Positions 39,488-48,400 of a DNA stretch of 64,000 nucleotides are shown here, one piece after another (position 1 is the first letter of the stretch; each line of letters opens with the position of its first letter). Below the pieces are notes generated by a model. The model was not told the DNA's origin. It ran no database searches and saw only the letters and a list, made by a program, of their open reading frames with translations. Origin of the DNA: Planctomycetaceae bacterium (GTDB taxonomy: Bacteria > Planctomycetota > Planctomycetia > Planctomycetales > Planctomycetaceae); NCBI GenBank assembly GCA_965660145.1, contig CBFHYX010000023.1:1-64000 (forward strand), written 5' to 3'. The translations under genes were made by a program, and so were the position numbers.

Positions 39488-39520
39488 ACGAGGCGTCTGA
39501 TTCATTGAGTCAGACGCCTC
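39488..39520 (-). terminator. intrinsic terminator-like hairpin after DUF1559 gene A
   Basis: cgaggcgtctga ttcattgag tcagacgcctcg: perfect 12-bp stem, 9-nt loop. TTTTCATC follows on the minus strand. Confidence 0.6.
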
Positions 39521-39548
39521 GAACTTTTAGTCAGAGTGTTTAAGTAGT

Positions 39549-40565
39549 TTAGAAATTACTAACGATAGAATCATTTGATGAGCCGTTGATAGTATTGAGA
39601 GACATCCAAAGGCTCTTGAGACCACCATTCGAACCATTATGATTGCCGTGGTAATCAATATTTTCACTGATAAAGCGAACTGCACCATCCGCCAATAGGT
39701 AATGTGCTCCTCCGACATGAACACTACTCGGACCTGGCCAGTCAGAATTGGTAGGATGCGCGGCGATGTAGTATGGCCCCATTGCGTAAGGCGCATTCTT
39801 CCACCAGGTTCCGTCTTCCGCACCGGCTCCATCAGGAGTCGTAATATTGTAGCTTGCATTGCTAGCAATCGCTTCATGAGTAATTGAAACTGCCCAGTTA
39901 CGAAACACAGCCTCTCCGCCACCATTCCGTTCAGTACCACCACCTCCTCTTCGACCACCCCATTTCTGACCAGTTGTATTGACTTCGCCAACCGCGATTG
40001 TGTTGGATGTTCCATCTTGGATGCTAGCCATTTTTACTTTCGATTGCAGCGAGAACATTCCTTCATGGACTTGTCCACGACGTCTCCACCAATCGAAACC
40101 TTGTGAGCCAGCATAGTTGGTAGTACCTAAGTTATAAATCTGATCCGGTTCAATTTGAACATCTGATGGACAGGTGAATGTGGGGATTTTTTGGGCGGTA
40201 ATAAGTCCACCTCCAGCAAGCGTTTGACCATACAATTGCGAACTGAAATCAATTGAATTGTAAAGAGGAGCTTGATCAACAAACGGCAAAATCATGGTCA
40301 TCCAGCTATGGTTCCGCGGAAAGCTTCGACTTGGCGTTCCGCCTGCGAAATATGAATCATACGAGTTGGGAAAAATGGAATGCGTGTCATGATAATTGTG
40401 AAGTGCTAGGCCCAGTTGCTTGAGATTGTTTTTGCAGGCACTGCGACGAGCTGCTTCGCGCGCCTGTTGAACAGCGGGCAACAACAATGCCACCAGAACT
40501 GCGATAATCGCAATGACGACCAAGAGTTCAATTAGCGTAAACCCTTTTTTCTGCTTACTTTTCAT
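39549..40565 (-). CDS. DUF1559 domain protein with prepilin-type N-terminal cleavage/methylation domain
   Basis: [60 protein letters not shown] (type IV pilin-like N-terminus plus the HNYHD of DUF1559). Confidence 0.9.
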   Translation of the reverse strand: MKSKQKKGFTLIELLVVIAIIAVLVALLLPAVQQAREAARRSACKNNLKQLGLALHNYHDTHSIFPNSYDSYFAGGTPSRSFPRNHSWMTMILPFVDQAPLYNSIDFSSQLYGQTLAGGGLITAQKIPTFTCPSDVQIEPDQIYNLGTTNYAGSQGFDWWRRRGQVHEGMFSLQSKVKMASIQDGTSNTIAVGEVNTTGQKWGGRRGGGGTERNGGGEAVFRNWAVSITHEAIASNASYNITTPDGAGAEDGTWWKNAPYAMGPYYIAAHPTNSDWPGPSSVHVGGAHYLLADGAVRFISENIDYHGNHNGSNGGLKSLWMSLNTINGSSNDSIVSNF

Positions 40566-40650
40566 GAAATTCTCCTACAAGAGAGATGATGTGACCAAAT
40601 ACGAAAAACCGTTCTCGGCAAAAAGATGTGTCTTAAAATGTTATGTGGTA

Positions 40651-40680
40651 CTGCGGAATCGCAGGTACGTGATAATCATC
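40651..40680 (-). promoter_or_regulatory. conserved upstream element shared by the two DUF1559 paralogues (copy A)
   Basis: ctgcggaatcgcaggtacgtgataat lies 86-115 nt upstream of the ATG. It contains the palindrome CTGCG-gaat-CGCAG. A near-identical element is at 46241-46270. Confidence 0.4.
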
Positions 40681-40904
40681 ATCTGAGACAATGACTCAGA
40701 CACATCGTTTATATATAATACGTTGGCATATTTCCAATAACATTCTGCAGAAAATCAGGAAATCATTTCAACAAGTCTTTCCCGCGCGTACTGAAGACCC
40801 TACGTATTACAGATTATCAATGAGGGATATCACGCACATCTCAGCCCGCATTTCCCAGATGGAAGCTAGATCCGTCCATTCATAAGGTCGGTTTGAGTCT
40901 GTAA

Positions 40905-41130
40905 AAACAGAGGTGTGATGCTTACCAACCGCTCACGGATTGGAGATTGCGATGGGTGAGCGGAAATAAGGACGCCCTGCGGGTCGATTTTGACGGTCGA
41001 ATTCGCCTCGAATTCCACGGAACCAACGTCACCAGTGATGCGGGCCTTTTGGTCTATCGGGAACTCGACGAGGCGTTGGGATTGGCCGACATGGTTGACA
41101 AACTGTCGCTGCAAGAATCAGTTTACCTTG
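40905..41130 (+). mobile_element. IS1380-like transposase remnant (N-terminal ~60 codons only)
   Basis: VDFDGRIRLEFHGTNVTSDAGLLVYRELDEALGLADMVDKL resembles the IS1380-family N-terminus (ISEcp1 ...LTSNAGLFLL...). The ORF then runs into the 3' end of the convergent CRTAC1-like gene. Confidence 0.5.
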
Positions 41131-41152
41131 GATTGATCCGACTGTTTGTCAG

Positions 41153-42928
41153 CTATTCGCTAAGTACGAATTCAGATCGTCCTTCGATGAGAGATATGAC
41201 TTCTCTAGTGGGTACTTCTTGCCATGTTTCTGCTTGATTTCCCGGCCACTCCACACGAACTTCATCCAAAACAGAAACACCATCAGTAGCAAATACAACT
41301 CGATCATCGTGAGAGGCCTGAAAGCTACCTCCAGATGGGACATGTGACACATACCACTCTTCGAGAATTCTGATGGCGACTGTTGCTCCCAATGGCTGCC
41401 GTGCGGACCGTGTCCCAATCAATTTAAACTGAACCGAATCTTTGGGCCCGACATCATTTCTCAACAATTCGACGCGATCATCCAGGTGAGTCACAATCAA
41501 ATCCACATCTCGGTCGTTATCGATATCGCCAAAGGCAGCGGATCGCCCGAGCCGTTTTTGATGAAAATATTCTCCCGCTTGGCACAATGAAAATCGATTC
41601 GCTTCCCCATTGAGAAGCAAATGTGGATGCATTCGATAGGGATATTCCCGACCGGTGGCAGTCAAATCCCAGATATGTCCATTTGCCACAAAGAGATCGG
41701 GGTCTCCATCGAGGTCGAAGTCCTGAAAAATGGTTGCAAAACCTAATACAGAAGAGGAATAACGATCGATCCCGACTTTTTTGTTGGCGGTGATAAAGCC
41801 GGAAGCTCCTAGGTTTTGGAAGAGATCGTTGGCTTGATTTCGAAAGTTGGAAACACATAAATCAAATCGACCATCATGATTATAGTCTGCGCAACCGATT
41901 CCCATACCGGCCCCCAGTTCCCCCCCCTCACTGAATGCCACTCCTTTCATGACGCCCTCTTCAACAAATTTCAAGCCGCCCTGATTAGTAAACAGATAAT
42001 TGAGCATCTGATCATTGGCTACATAAATATCGAGTAAGCCATCTTGATCAAGATCAACAATGGTCACCGCCAGGCCGCTCCCCAAGTGTGGATCACCAAC
42101 CCCAGCCTCCGCTCCAACTTCCACGAAGTCGCCTTGGCCTAGATTTTGAAAAAGACTGTCGGCCTGCGCAGCATAATGACTCGGACTACATGAGATCTTA
42201 ATTGGAATATCACCAACTGCGTAACACGGAGGCTCCTCTGAAGGCCAATCGACATAGTTGCATACGTACAAGTCTAAATCCCCATCCCCATCGAGATCTG
42301 CGAACGCGCAACTTGTTCCCCAGAGTTTTTCACGTATTGGAAGCAGAACTTCCCCGAAGGTACCGTCACCATTGTTATGCCAAAGATGAATCTCACGATA
42401 TCCGGTCTGTACAAAATCCACGAAACCATCGTTATCGTAATCTCCCGAGGCAACCCCCATCCCGAATCCATAGCCCTCGACACCGGATGGATAAGTGACC
42501 TCCTCAAATACCCATTTCTCAGTTTGTCGATAGAGCCGATGAGAAGCGCCGTTCGATTGAGCTTCATTTTGAAAGTGGGAACCATTTACAAGATAGACAT
42601 CCAGTTTCCCATCACCATCCAAATCAAACAGGGCAACCCCTCCCCCGTTTTGCTCGGTCATAGATTTGTTCTCACTGGGCCCCCCAAAATATGTAAAATC
42701 GATCCCTGAAGTGTCAGTTACAGATGTGAACTCGAAGGCTGGGGCAGGAATGCCCCCACTTGATTCCTCGACTTTAGTCTCCAACCGACTTTCTTTCGTC
42801 TCTGCTGGGAGAGATGGTGAAGTACCGGATGGTGACTGCAGCCCCGAATGCGAATCACAAGAAAGACCACCAAACACAAACAATAGCATTGCTGTAAGCA
42901 GATATTTGATCTTCGATTTGAAATTCAT
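41153..42928 (-). CDS. CRTAC1-family protein (FG-GAP/VCBS repeats plus C-terminal ASPIC/UnbV domain)
   Basis: Repeated FDLDGDGKLDVYLVN-type calcium-binding FG-GAP motifs. C-terminal LGATVAIRILEEWYVSHVPSGGSFQASHDDRVVF (ASPIC/UnbV). ATG at 42928. Confidence 0.8.
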   Translation of the reverse strand: MNFKSKIKYLLTAMLLFVFGGLSCDSHSGLQSPSGTSPSLPAETKESRLETKVEESSGGIPAPAFEFTSVTDTSGIDFTYFGGPSENKSMTEQNGGGVALFDLDGDGKLDVYLVNGSHFQNEAQSNGASHRLYRQTEKWVFEEVTYPSGVEGYGFGMGVASGDYDNDGFVDFVQTGYREIHLWHNNGDGTFGEVLLPIREKLWGTSCAFADLDGDGDLDLYVCNYVDWPSEEPPCYAVGDIPIKISCSPSHYAAQADSLFQNLGQGDFVEVGAEAGVGDPHLGSGLAVTIVDLDQDGLLDIYVANDQMLNYLFTNQGGLKFVEEGVMKGVAFSEGGELGAGMGIGCADYNHDGRFDLCVSNFRNQANDLFQNLGASGFITANKKVGIDRYSSSVLGFATIFQDFDLDGDPDLFVANGHIWDLTATGREYPYRMHPHLLLNGEANRFSLCQAGEYFHQKRLGRSAAFGDIDNDRDVDLIVTHLDDRVELLRNDVGPKDSVQFKLIGTRSARQPLGATVAIRILEEWYVSHVPSGGSFQASHDDRVVFATDGVSVLDEVRVEWPGNQAETWQEVPTREVISLIEGRSEFVLSE

Positions 42929-43157
42929 GTGGGAAATCATACAGCAGATCCGTAGAAAAGATCGGCAAACCATTAAACTATTCGCTGCAGACTTCCGGCT
43001 AGATGAGAACGCCGGTACTCAATCGATCCTGGCTTAAATATGACACCCTGTATTGTCCAGACACAATTCGCTCGAAGTTTGTTTTTCACGAGAAAACCAC
43101 ACCGTGGGTTAAAAACAGTAAGTGACATATCAAACATCACATCGATCTATTGTCATG

Positions 43158-44543
43158 TTACTGGGATGATTCAGAAGGGTAGAATTCATTGATCGCATCG
43201 GCAAACGGATTATTGGGAGAATCCCGCGAAAGATTTTTCATTTCAGAAATCTTCTTTGACCAAGTTTCCCACCCGTCCGCCCATTTGTCTTTGCCGAATA
43301 TTCGACAAAGAGCAGCCACCTCAAGACATTGAGTTTCGGAGGGGGGGCTAGATTTAAATTTCTCCCGATAGTCGATAATCTGAAATTTGGCCTCCGCGAT
43401 TTCTGCAACGAAAGAAGTCACATCCGAGGCGTCCTCCAAACGATTCATAAGCCTCAGGATTTTCGATTTTCTCGCCAGATATTCGGGTCTGCACGGCGAA
43501 AGTACCAGAGTTTTTTCAATGGAATCTAACGCCTCATCGTACCGCTCGTTCACTTCTGCCCGCAGACTCATGACTGACCAGTATCGATGTGAACTTTCCG
43601 CATCCGAGATATCGCGAAGAATGTTCTCAGCTTCAGAGAGATTTCCCTGTTGTAAATAGAGTTCCGCAAGTCGAAGCTGTGCCCCAAGCAGTTCGGGCTT
43701 TATTGAGATGGCAACTTTGAAATGAGCTTCAGCCTTCTCGATTTGCCCATCTTCATAATAGGCCTCCCCCAAGGACTGATTCACTAAAGATTGGTGCGGC
43801 CTTACCCTGTTCACTTCTTCAAGAAAAAAGATGGAATCGACAGTCGATTCCACATCCGAGATCTGCAACAGATCCAAGAGAACAGAAATATCCGACGGAA
43901 AAAGCTCATATCTGGATTCCAAGAATTCCTCAGCGATATCGGATCTGCGAAGCTTTTGACTGACAGAAATCAACGATGATCGCACCTTATCCGATTTTGG
44001 ATATTTAACAAGGTGCTCGGAAAGCAACGAAATGCCTCGGTCAAACTCCCAATTCATCACATGAGTCAACGCATACTCAACACTCACGGATTCAACATAC
44101 AAGGGATCTTCGCTACATCCTTTGGCCCGTTCAAAGAACTCTTTTGATCGATCCCAGTTGTGTAGTTCACGGTCACACAGACCAGCAAGAAGCAATGCCT
44201 GGCAATTATCACCGTCAACTCTCAATAGTTTTTCAATTTCTTGTTGAGCTTCCGAAGCTTCTCCAATCAATAGCAGCTCACTCGCTCTCTCTACAATTTG
44301 AGATGCAGACTTCCGAGTGATGCTCTGTTGAGACAAATATGCTCCGGCAATCAATAGGCAGACCAATAAGATTAGCAGTACCACAATCTTCTTGCCCAAG
44401 TCATTTCGAACAATGGCTGGGGTACTGCGATTTAGCGAAACATCTTCGATCATATGACAAATTCTTCCATCGGAATCTGGAACCGAATGATCGCTCGCTT
44501 TGAACTTCAGTCTACGAGAAAAGACTGGAAATCCCATCATCAT
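43158..44543 (-). CDS. tetratricopeptide-repeat membrane-anchored protein
   Basis: TM helix KKIVVLLILLVCLLIAGAYL, then multiple TPR-like repeats (AEAHFKVAISIKPELLGAQLRLAELYLQQGNLSEAE). Confidence 0.75.
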   Translation of the reverse strand: MMMGFPVFSRRLKFKASDHSVPDSDGRICHMIEDVSLNRSTPAIVRNDLGKKIVVLLILLVCLLIAGAYLSQQSITRKSASQIVERASELLLIGEASEAQQEIEKLLRVDGDNCQALLLAGLCDRELHNWDRSKEFFERAKGCSEDPLYVESVSVEYALTHVMNWEFDRGISLLSEHLVKYPKSDKVRSSLISVSQKLRRSDIAEEFLESRYELFPSDISVLLDLLQISDVESTVDSIFFLEEVNRVRPHQSLVNQSLGEAYYEDGQIEKAEAHFKVAISIKPELLGAQLRLAELYLQQGNLSEAENILRDISDAESSHRYWSVMSLRAEVNERYDEALDSIEKTLVLSPCRPEYLARKSKILRLMNRLEDASDVTSFVAEIAEAKFQIIDYREKFKSSPPSETQCLEVAALCRIFGKDKWADGWETWSKKISEMKNLSRDSPNNPFADAINEFYPSESSQ

Positions 44544-44744
44544 CAATTACAGATTTTCTTCAATACTTGAGTTGGAACAGCCTACTACGAATCAATTCAA
44601 GTATCATCATGCATTTATTGTCATCAAGGTCACCCCAATGAGCCATCGAATGATCATCGATCATCCATGATAACAACTTGGGAGGAATGACAGATAATAC
44701 GAGCGACTGGCTATTCCGCGACTGAATGACCCTCCAGCATCGTC

Positions 44745-44903
44745 TTATTCAGGATCAGCTGCAGGATCACCTGCTCCACCAACCGCTGCGGGGTCACCTT
44801 CAGTCACAGCCGGATCTTCGGGGACATCTTCTGGAGCTGGCAGCGTCTGTCCAGAACCGCCACATCCATAAACCGAAACTGAAACACAAAACAGAAAAAT
44901 CAT
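44745..44903 (-). CDS. small lipoprotein (52 aa) with Pro/Asp/Ala-rich tail, downstream of DUF1559 gene B
   Basis: MIFLFCVSVSVYGC-GGSG lipobox-like. Same position relative to the DUF1559 gene as the 38932..39393 lipoprotein. Confidence 0.45.
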   Translation of the reverse strand: MIFLFCVSVSVYGCGGSGQTLPAPEDVPEDPAVTEGDPAAVGGAGDPAADPE

Positions 44904-45004
44904 GAACAGCCTGTCAAACTTGAGAGAAGTTATGCGGAACAAGTGGAAATTCCTTTCACTAAGAATATTTGTGATTTGAGTCACAAGAAAAAGATGAGAC
45001 GAAT

Positions 45005-45037
45005 ACCGGTTCGATGATACAACGTCATCGAACCGGT
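45005..45037 (-). terminator. hairpin after DUF1559 gene B
   Basis: accggttcgatga tacaacg tcatcgaaccggt: perfect 13-bp stem. A T-rich tract (CTTTTTCTT) lies ~15 nt downstream on the minus strand. Confidence 0.45.
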
Positions 45038-45096
45038 AAAGCCTATTTAACCGTATTTCAGGACAACATCAGCAGAAGATGAAATTGTCATAGACC

Positions 45097-46161
45097 TTAA
45101 AAACTTCGAGATTCCCCACTGTTCAGGCGAGTGATGATTGCATAGGTCGACTGGTCCATATTTTCACTCATAAATTGAACAGACCCATCACCAAACAATG
45201 CGTGAGCTCCCCCCACATGAACACTCGAGTGAACACCAACATGTTGACGTTGATCAGCAGTTCCTCCGGAACCGGCCATTCCAGGAACATGGAAATCGCC
45301 ATTGATGTGGTATCGCCTGTTGTTGATATGACTCGTGTTGATATTCGGATGATTATTCACGAATGGACCGTGATGCCGGAATGCCGCCCACACGGGAATA
45401 TAATTCGGAGATCGAATTCCTTTGGTATTGACGTTACCCGTGTATGTAATGTTCTTTTCTGCGACCATTGCAGTATTACTAGTTCCATCACGAAAATCTG
45501 CCATTCTCGCAGCACCGTTGAACCCGAATGGCCCGCGATAGGGTATTCCCCTCGATCCATCCGGCAGATTACTGCCTGCAGCATAAAAAATGCTGAAAAA
45601 CCGATCTCGAGACCAGCCATTCCCATGACCTCCCGCTACAAAAGAATAATTCATCACCGCATGGTTGGTGGCGGCGTAGTGCTGGTCGCCACTTGAGACT
45701 AACACTCCCTTGCCTGAATCAGAAGGGCACAGATAAGTGCTGATTTGAGTCGAAACCAACGGCGTATTCACATTCGGCCAACCACAGGCGATAGGTCGTG
45801 CAGGAGAAGAATGACGGACTTGACTCGTTGCACATCTCAAATCAAACTGATTATACAGTGGTGCCTGATCCATAAAGGGTAAGATATAGAGCCAACCCGT
45901 GTGATTCATTGCCGTAGTATGAGGTGACCTCGCATCGACCGACCCCGCATTGTTAGCACCTGGCGGAAGCACATTGTGAACATCGTGATAATTGTGTAAA
46001 GCCAAGCCAATCTGTTTCAAATTGTTTTTGCAAGCACTGCGGCGTGCCGCTTCGCGGGCTTGTTGGACTGCAGGCAATAGCAGAGCGACCAGCACAGCGA
46101 TGATGGCGATCACCACCAGTAATTCAATCAGCGTAAACCCTTTTATCTGCGCGCGTTTCAT
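45097..46161 (-). CDS. DUF1559 domain protein with prepilin-type N-terminus (paralogue B)
   Basis: [60 protein letters not shown]. Confidence 0.9.
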   Translation of the reverse strand: MKRAQIKGFTLIELLVVIAIIAVLVALLLPAVQQAREAARRSACKNNLKQIGLALHNYHDVHNVLPPGANNAGSVDARSPHTTAMNHTGWLYILPFMDQAPLYNQFDLRCATSQVRHSSPARPIACGWPNVNTPLVSTQISTYLCPSDSGKGVLVSSGDQHYAATNHAVMNYSFVAGGHGNGWSRDRFFSIFYAAGSNLPDGSRGIPYRGPFGFNGAARMADFRDGTSNTAMVAEKNITYTGNVNTKGIRSPNYIPVWAAFRHHGPFVNNHPNINTSHINNRRYHINGDFHVPGMAGSGGTADQRQHVGVHSSVHVGGAHALFGDGSVQFMSENMDQSTYAIITRLNSGESRSF

Positions 46162-46240
46162 GAGATTCCCCTTATGAAGAGAGATTTACCAAACCAGAAA
46201 GGTTGGTATGAAAAAGTGATTTTGGAACATGTATGCTGAA

Positions 46241-46270
46241 CTGCGGAATAGCAGGTATTTGATAATAGGC
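46241..46270 (-). promoter_or_regulatory. conserved upstream element (copy B)
   Basis: ctgcggaatagcaggtatttgataat lies 80-109 nt upstream of the paralogue B ATG. Confidence 0.4.
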
Positions 46271-46984
46271 ATCCACGGGCAAATCTTGGATAAATCTTTT
46301 ATATATGAAAACTTCGCATGAGTTCAACAAAATTCCGGAGAATTTTTGTGCTTTATCCAAATCTCGATTATGAGATATCACCCAATGTATATTTAGTGGA
46401 ATTGAAGTCAAGAAACCTCATCTGAACCACAGGAATTGCACCCTGAAAGCGATTCCATGACGAGTAATTTCACGATGATGATTGGAAATGTGTCACCAAG
46501 AGCATTCAGGTGCAGTTCGAACTCTGAGCAGCGATTTTCTGAGATGTGACCGCAGAGGAGGAATTGTTTACCAGACCGGGCAGACGCCACAGTCACAGCG
46601 ATGCCAGTGTTTTTTTTCAGATTTCGGCAGATTCCGGTGCGAAGCAGAGGCGGAACAACGCCGTTCCTTACAACATGGGCAGAGACAATCGCAGGATTGC
46701 GTTGAGGAATCTGTTACACAATTCAATTTATCGGCGGGGGTTGCACTGATCATGGGATGATCCTCCTCTCTGGTCCGATTGGTTGCTCTGGATGTTGATC
46801 CGCAATTGAGCCTGCCAACGGACAGAAATACTGAAAAGGTGAGTCCACAATGAAAAAGAATATCGACCAACATATACTCAAGTGTTGATCTATGTGATCG
46901 CAATCGAGGACTTCTTGCCGGATCTGGCCGGTTATGACGATTGCATCTCACAGAGAGTCACGGCTTACACAACCACCGTCTCTG

Positions 46985-48370
46985 TCATTTGCCGATACAG
47001 AACTTACTGAAAATACGATCCAGAATGTCATCGGAATGTAGCAATCCGAGAACTTGCCCCAGTCCGTCCTGAGCCGAACGTAACTCCAACGCAATCAACT
47101 CATCACCGGCCCTTTGTTCGGCGGCATCTCTCGCATTTCCCAAGGCAACTTCGGTCTCGCGAAGTGTTTCTCGACAGCGAGCGGATGTCGTTCCGATGAG
47201 CCCTTCTGTTCTTTCAAGCTGCTGATCGAGACGTTGTGATATCAGCGTTATGAGTTCATCAATGCCGACGTACTCAGATTCCATGACCGAGATGACGGAG
47301 TCGCAGGCCGTTTTGGAATTGGCATGATCAACGAGATCAGCCTTGGTGCCCAAGCAGATCATTTGCCGTGCTTGGGATTCACAAACCTGAGACTGCCGTT
47401 GATCGGCTTGTGCTTCCTCCTCCGTCACCCCAAACGCAGAACACCAGATGACCAAATCGGCTTGTTGAATTTGTTCTTCACGAAACTTCTGAGCGGTTTG
47501 CATGATCGGATCATCGCTCAGTTCCCATCCTGCGGTGTCGATAATCAGAACGGGAAGCCCATGAATTTGGCACTCGGCAGCCACATAATCACGTGTGGTT
47601 CCTGAAATTTCAGAGACTAACGCCGTCTCCTCACCGGCCAGTTGGTTAAGCAACGTCGATTTTCCTGCGTTGGGAAGACCGGCCAACACAACTCTTGAAC
47701 GAGTTTCTGAGCGGAGTCGAGTATTCGACAATTCACGCAAACGGCCAACTGCTGCGCGAGCATCGAGTAAACGGCGGCTGACCTCCTCGTGAGCCACAAA
47801 CTCGATATCCTCGTCGACAAAGTCGAGTCCGGCTTCCAAATCAGCTAGGAGTTCGACCAGGTCTTGACGAACTTCCAGCATCTCTGACGACATCCCTCCA
47901 CCGAGTTGATTCAGGGCAAGCTGTAATTCAGATTCTGATTGAGAGTCGATCACACCCAACACCGCTTCCGCCTGAATCAGATCGATGCGTCCATTCAGAA
48001 AAGCCCGCAGCGTGAACTCCCCATTTTTTGCAGTTCTGATGCTAAAAGTGTTAAGGCGAGAGAGAATCTGTTCGATCAGTGGTTGAGAACCGAGCGTATA
48101 GATTTCCGCCATTGGCTGCCCTGTATAGCTGCGTGATGTCGGCCAAAGACCAATTGTCACATTCAGCAAGAGATCATCTGTCACAGCAAGCTGTCCGGTA
48201 TGGATCAATGGCTGTTTTGCGTCTCTCCAGACGGGTAAATTATCTGGATGAAAGAGTTCCAGAAGTTGCTGTTGAGCATGCGGCCCACTGACACGAAGCG
48301 TTCCCCGCAATGCGACGCCAGGAGCAGACGCAGGTGCCGCGATTGATTCGTCGAAATCGAACTGTGTCAT
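46985..48370 (-). CDS. mnmE: tRNA modification GTPase MnmE (TrmE)
   Basis: GLPNAGKSTLLNQLAG G1 motif, DTAG, and C-terminal FCIGK. Confidence 0.92.
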   Translation of the reverse strand: MTQFDFDESIAAPASAPGVALRGTLRVSGPHAQQQLLELFHPDNLPVWRDAKQPLIHTGQLAVTDDLLLNVTIGLWPTSRSYTGQPMAEIYTLGSQPLIEQILSRLNTFSIRTAKNGEFTLRAFLNGRIDLIQAEAVLGVIDSQSESELQLALNQLGGGMSSEMLEVRQDLVELLADLEAGLDFVDEDIEFVAHEEVSRRLLDARAAVGRLRELSNTRLRSETRSRVVLAGLPNAGKSTLLNQLAGEETALVSEISGTTRDYVAAECQIHGLPVLIIDTAGWELSDDPIMQTAQKFREEQIQQADLVIWCSAFGVTEEEAQADQRQSQVCESQARQMICLGTKADLVDHANSKTACDSVISVMESEYVGIDELITLISQRLDQQLERTEGLIGTTSARCRETLRETEVALGNARDAAEQRAGDELIALELRSAQDGLGQVLGLLHSDDILDRIFSKFCIGK

Positions 48371-48400
48371 ACACCCGCCTCCATCGGGAGGATGAGACTG

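Noticed and set aside
46568-46951. 127-aa Cys-rich ORF on the minus strand in the 820-nt spacer between DUF1559 B and mnmE
   Set aside because: No start context, odd composition, overlaps another spurious ORF on the opposite strand. Likely non-coding. The region may hold promoter or leader elements instead.
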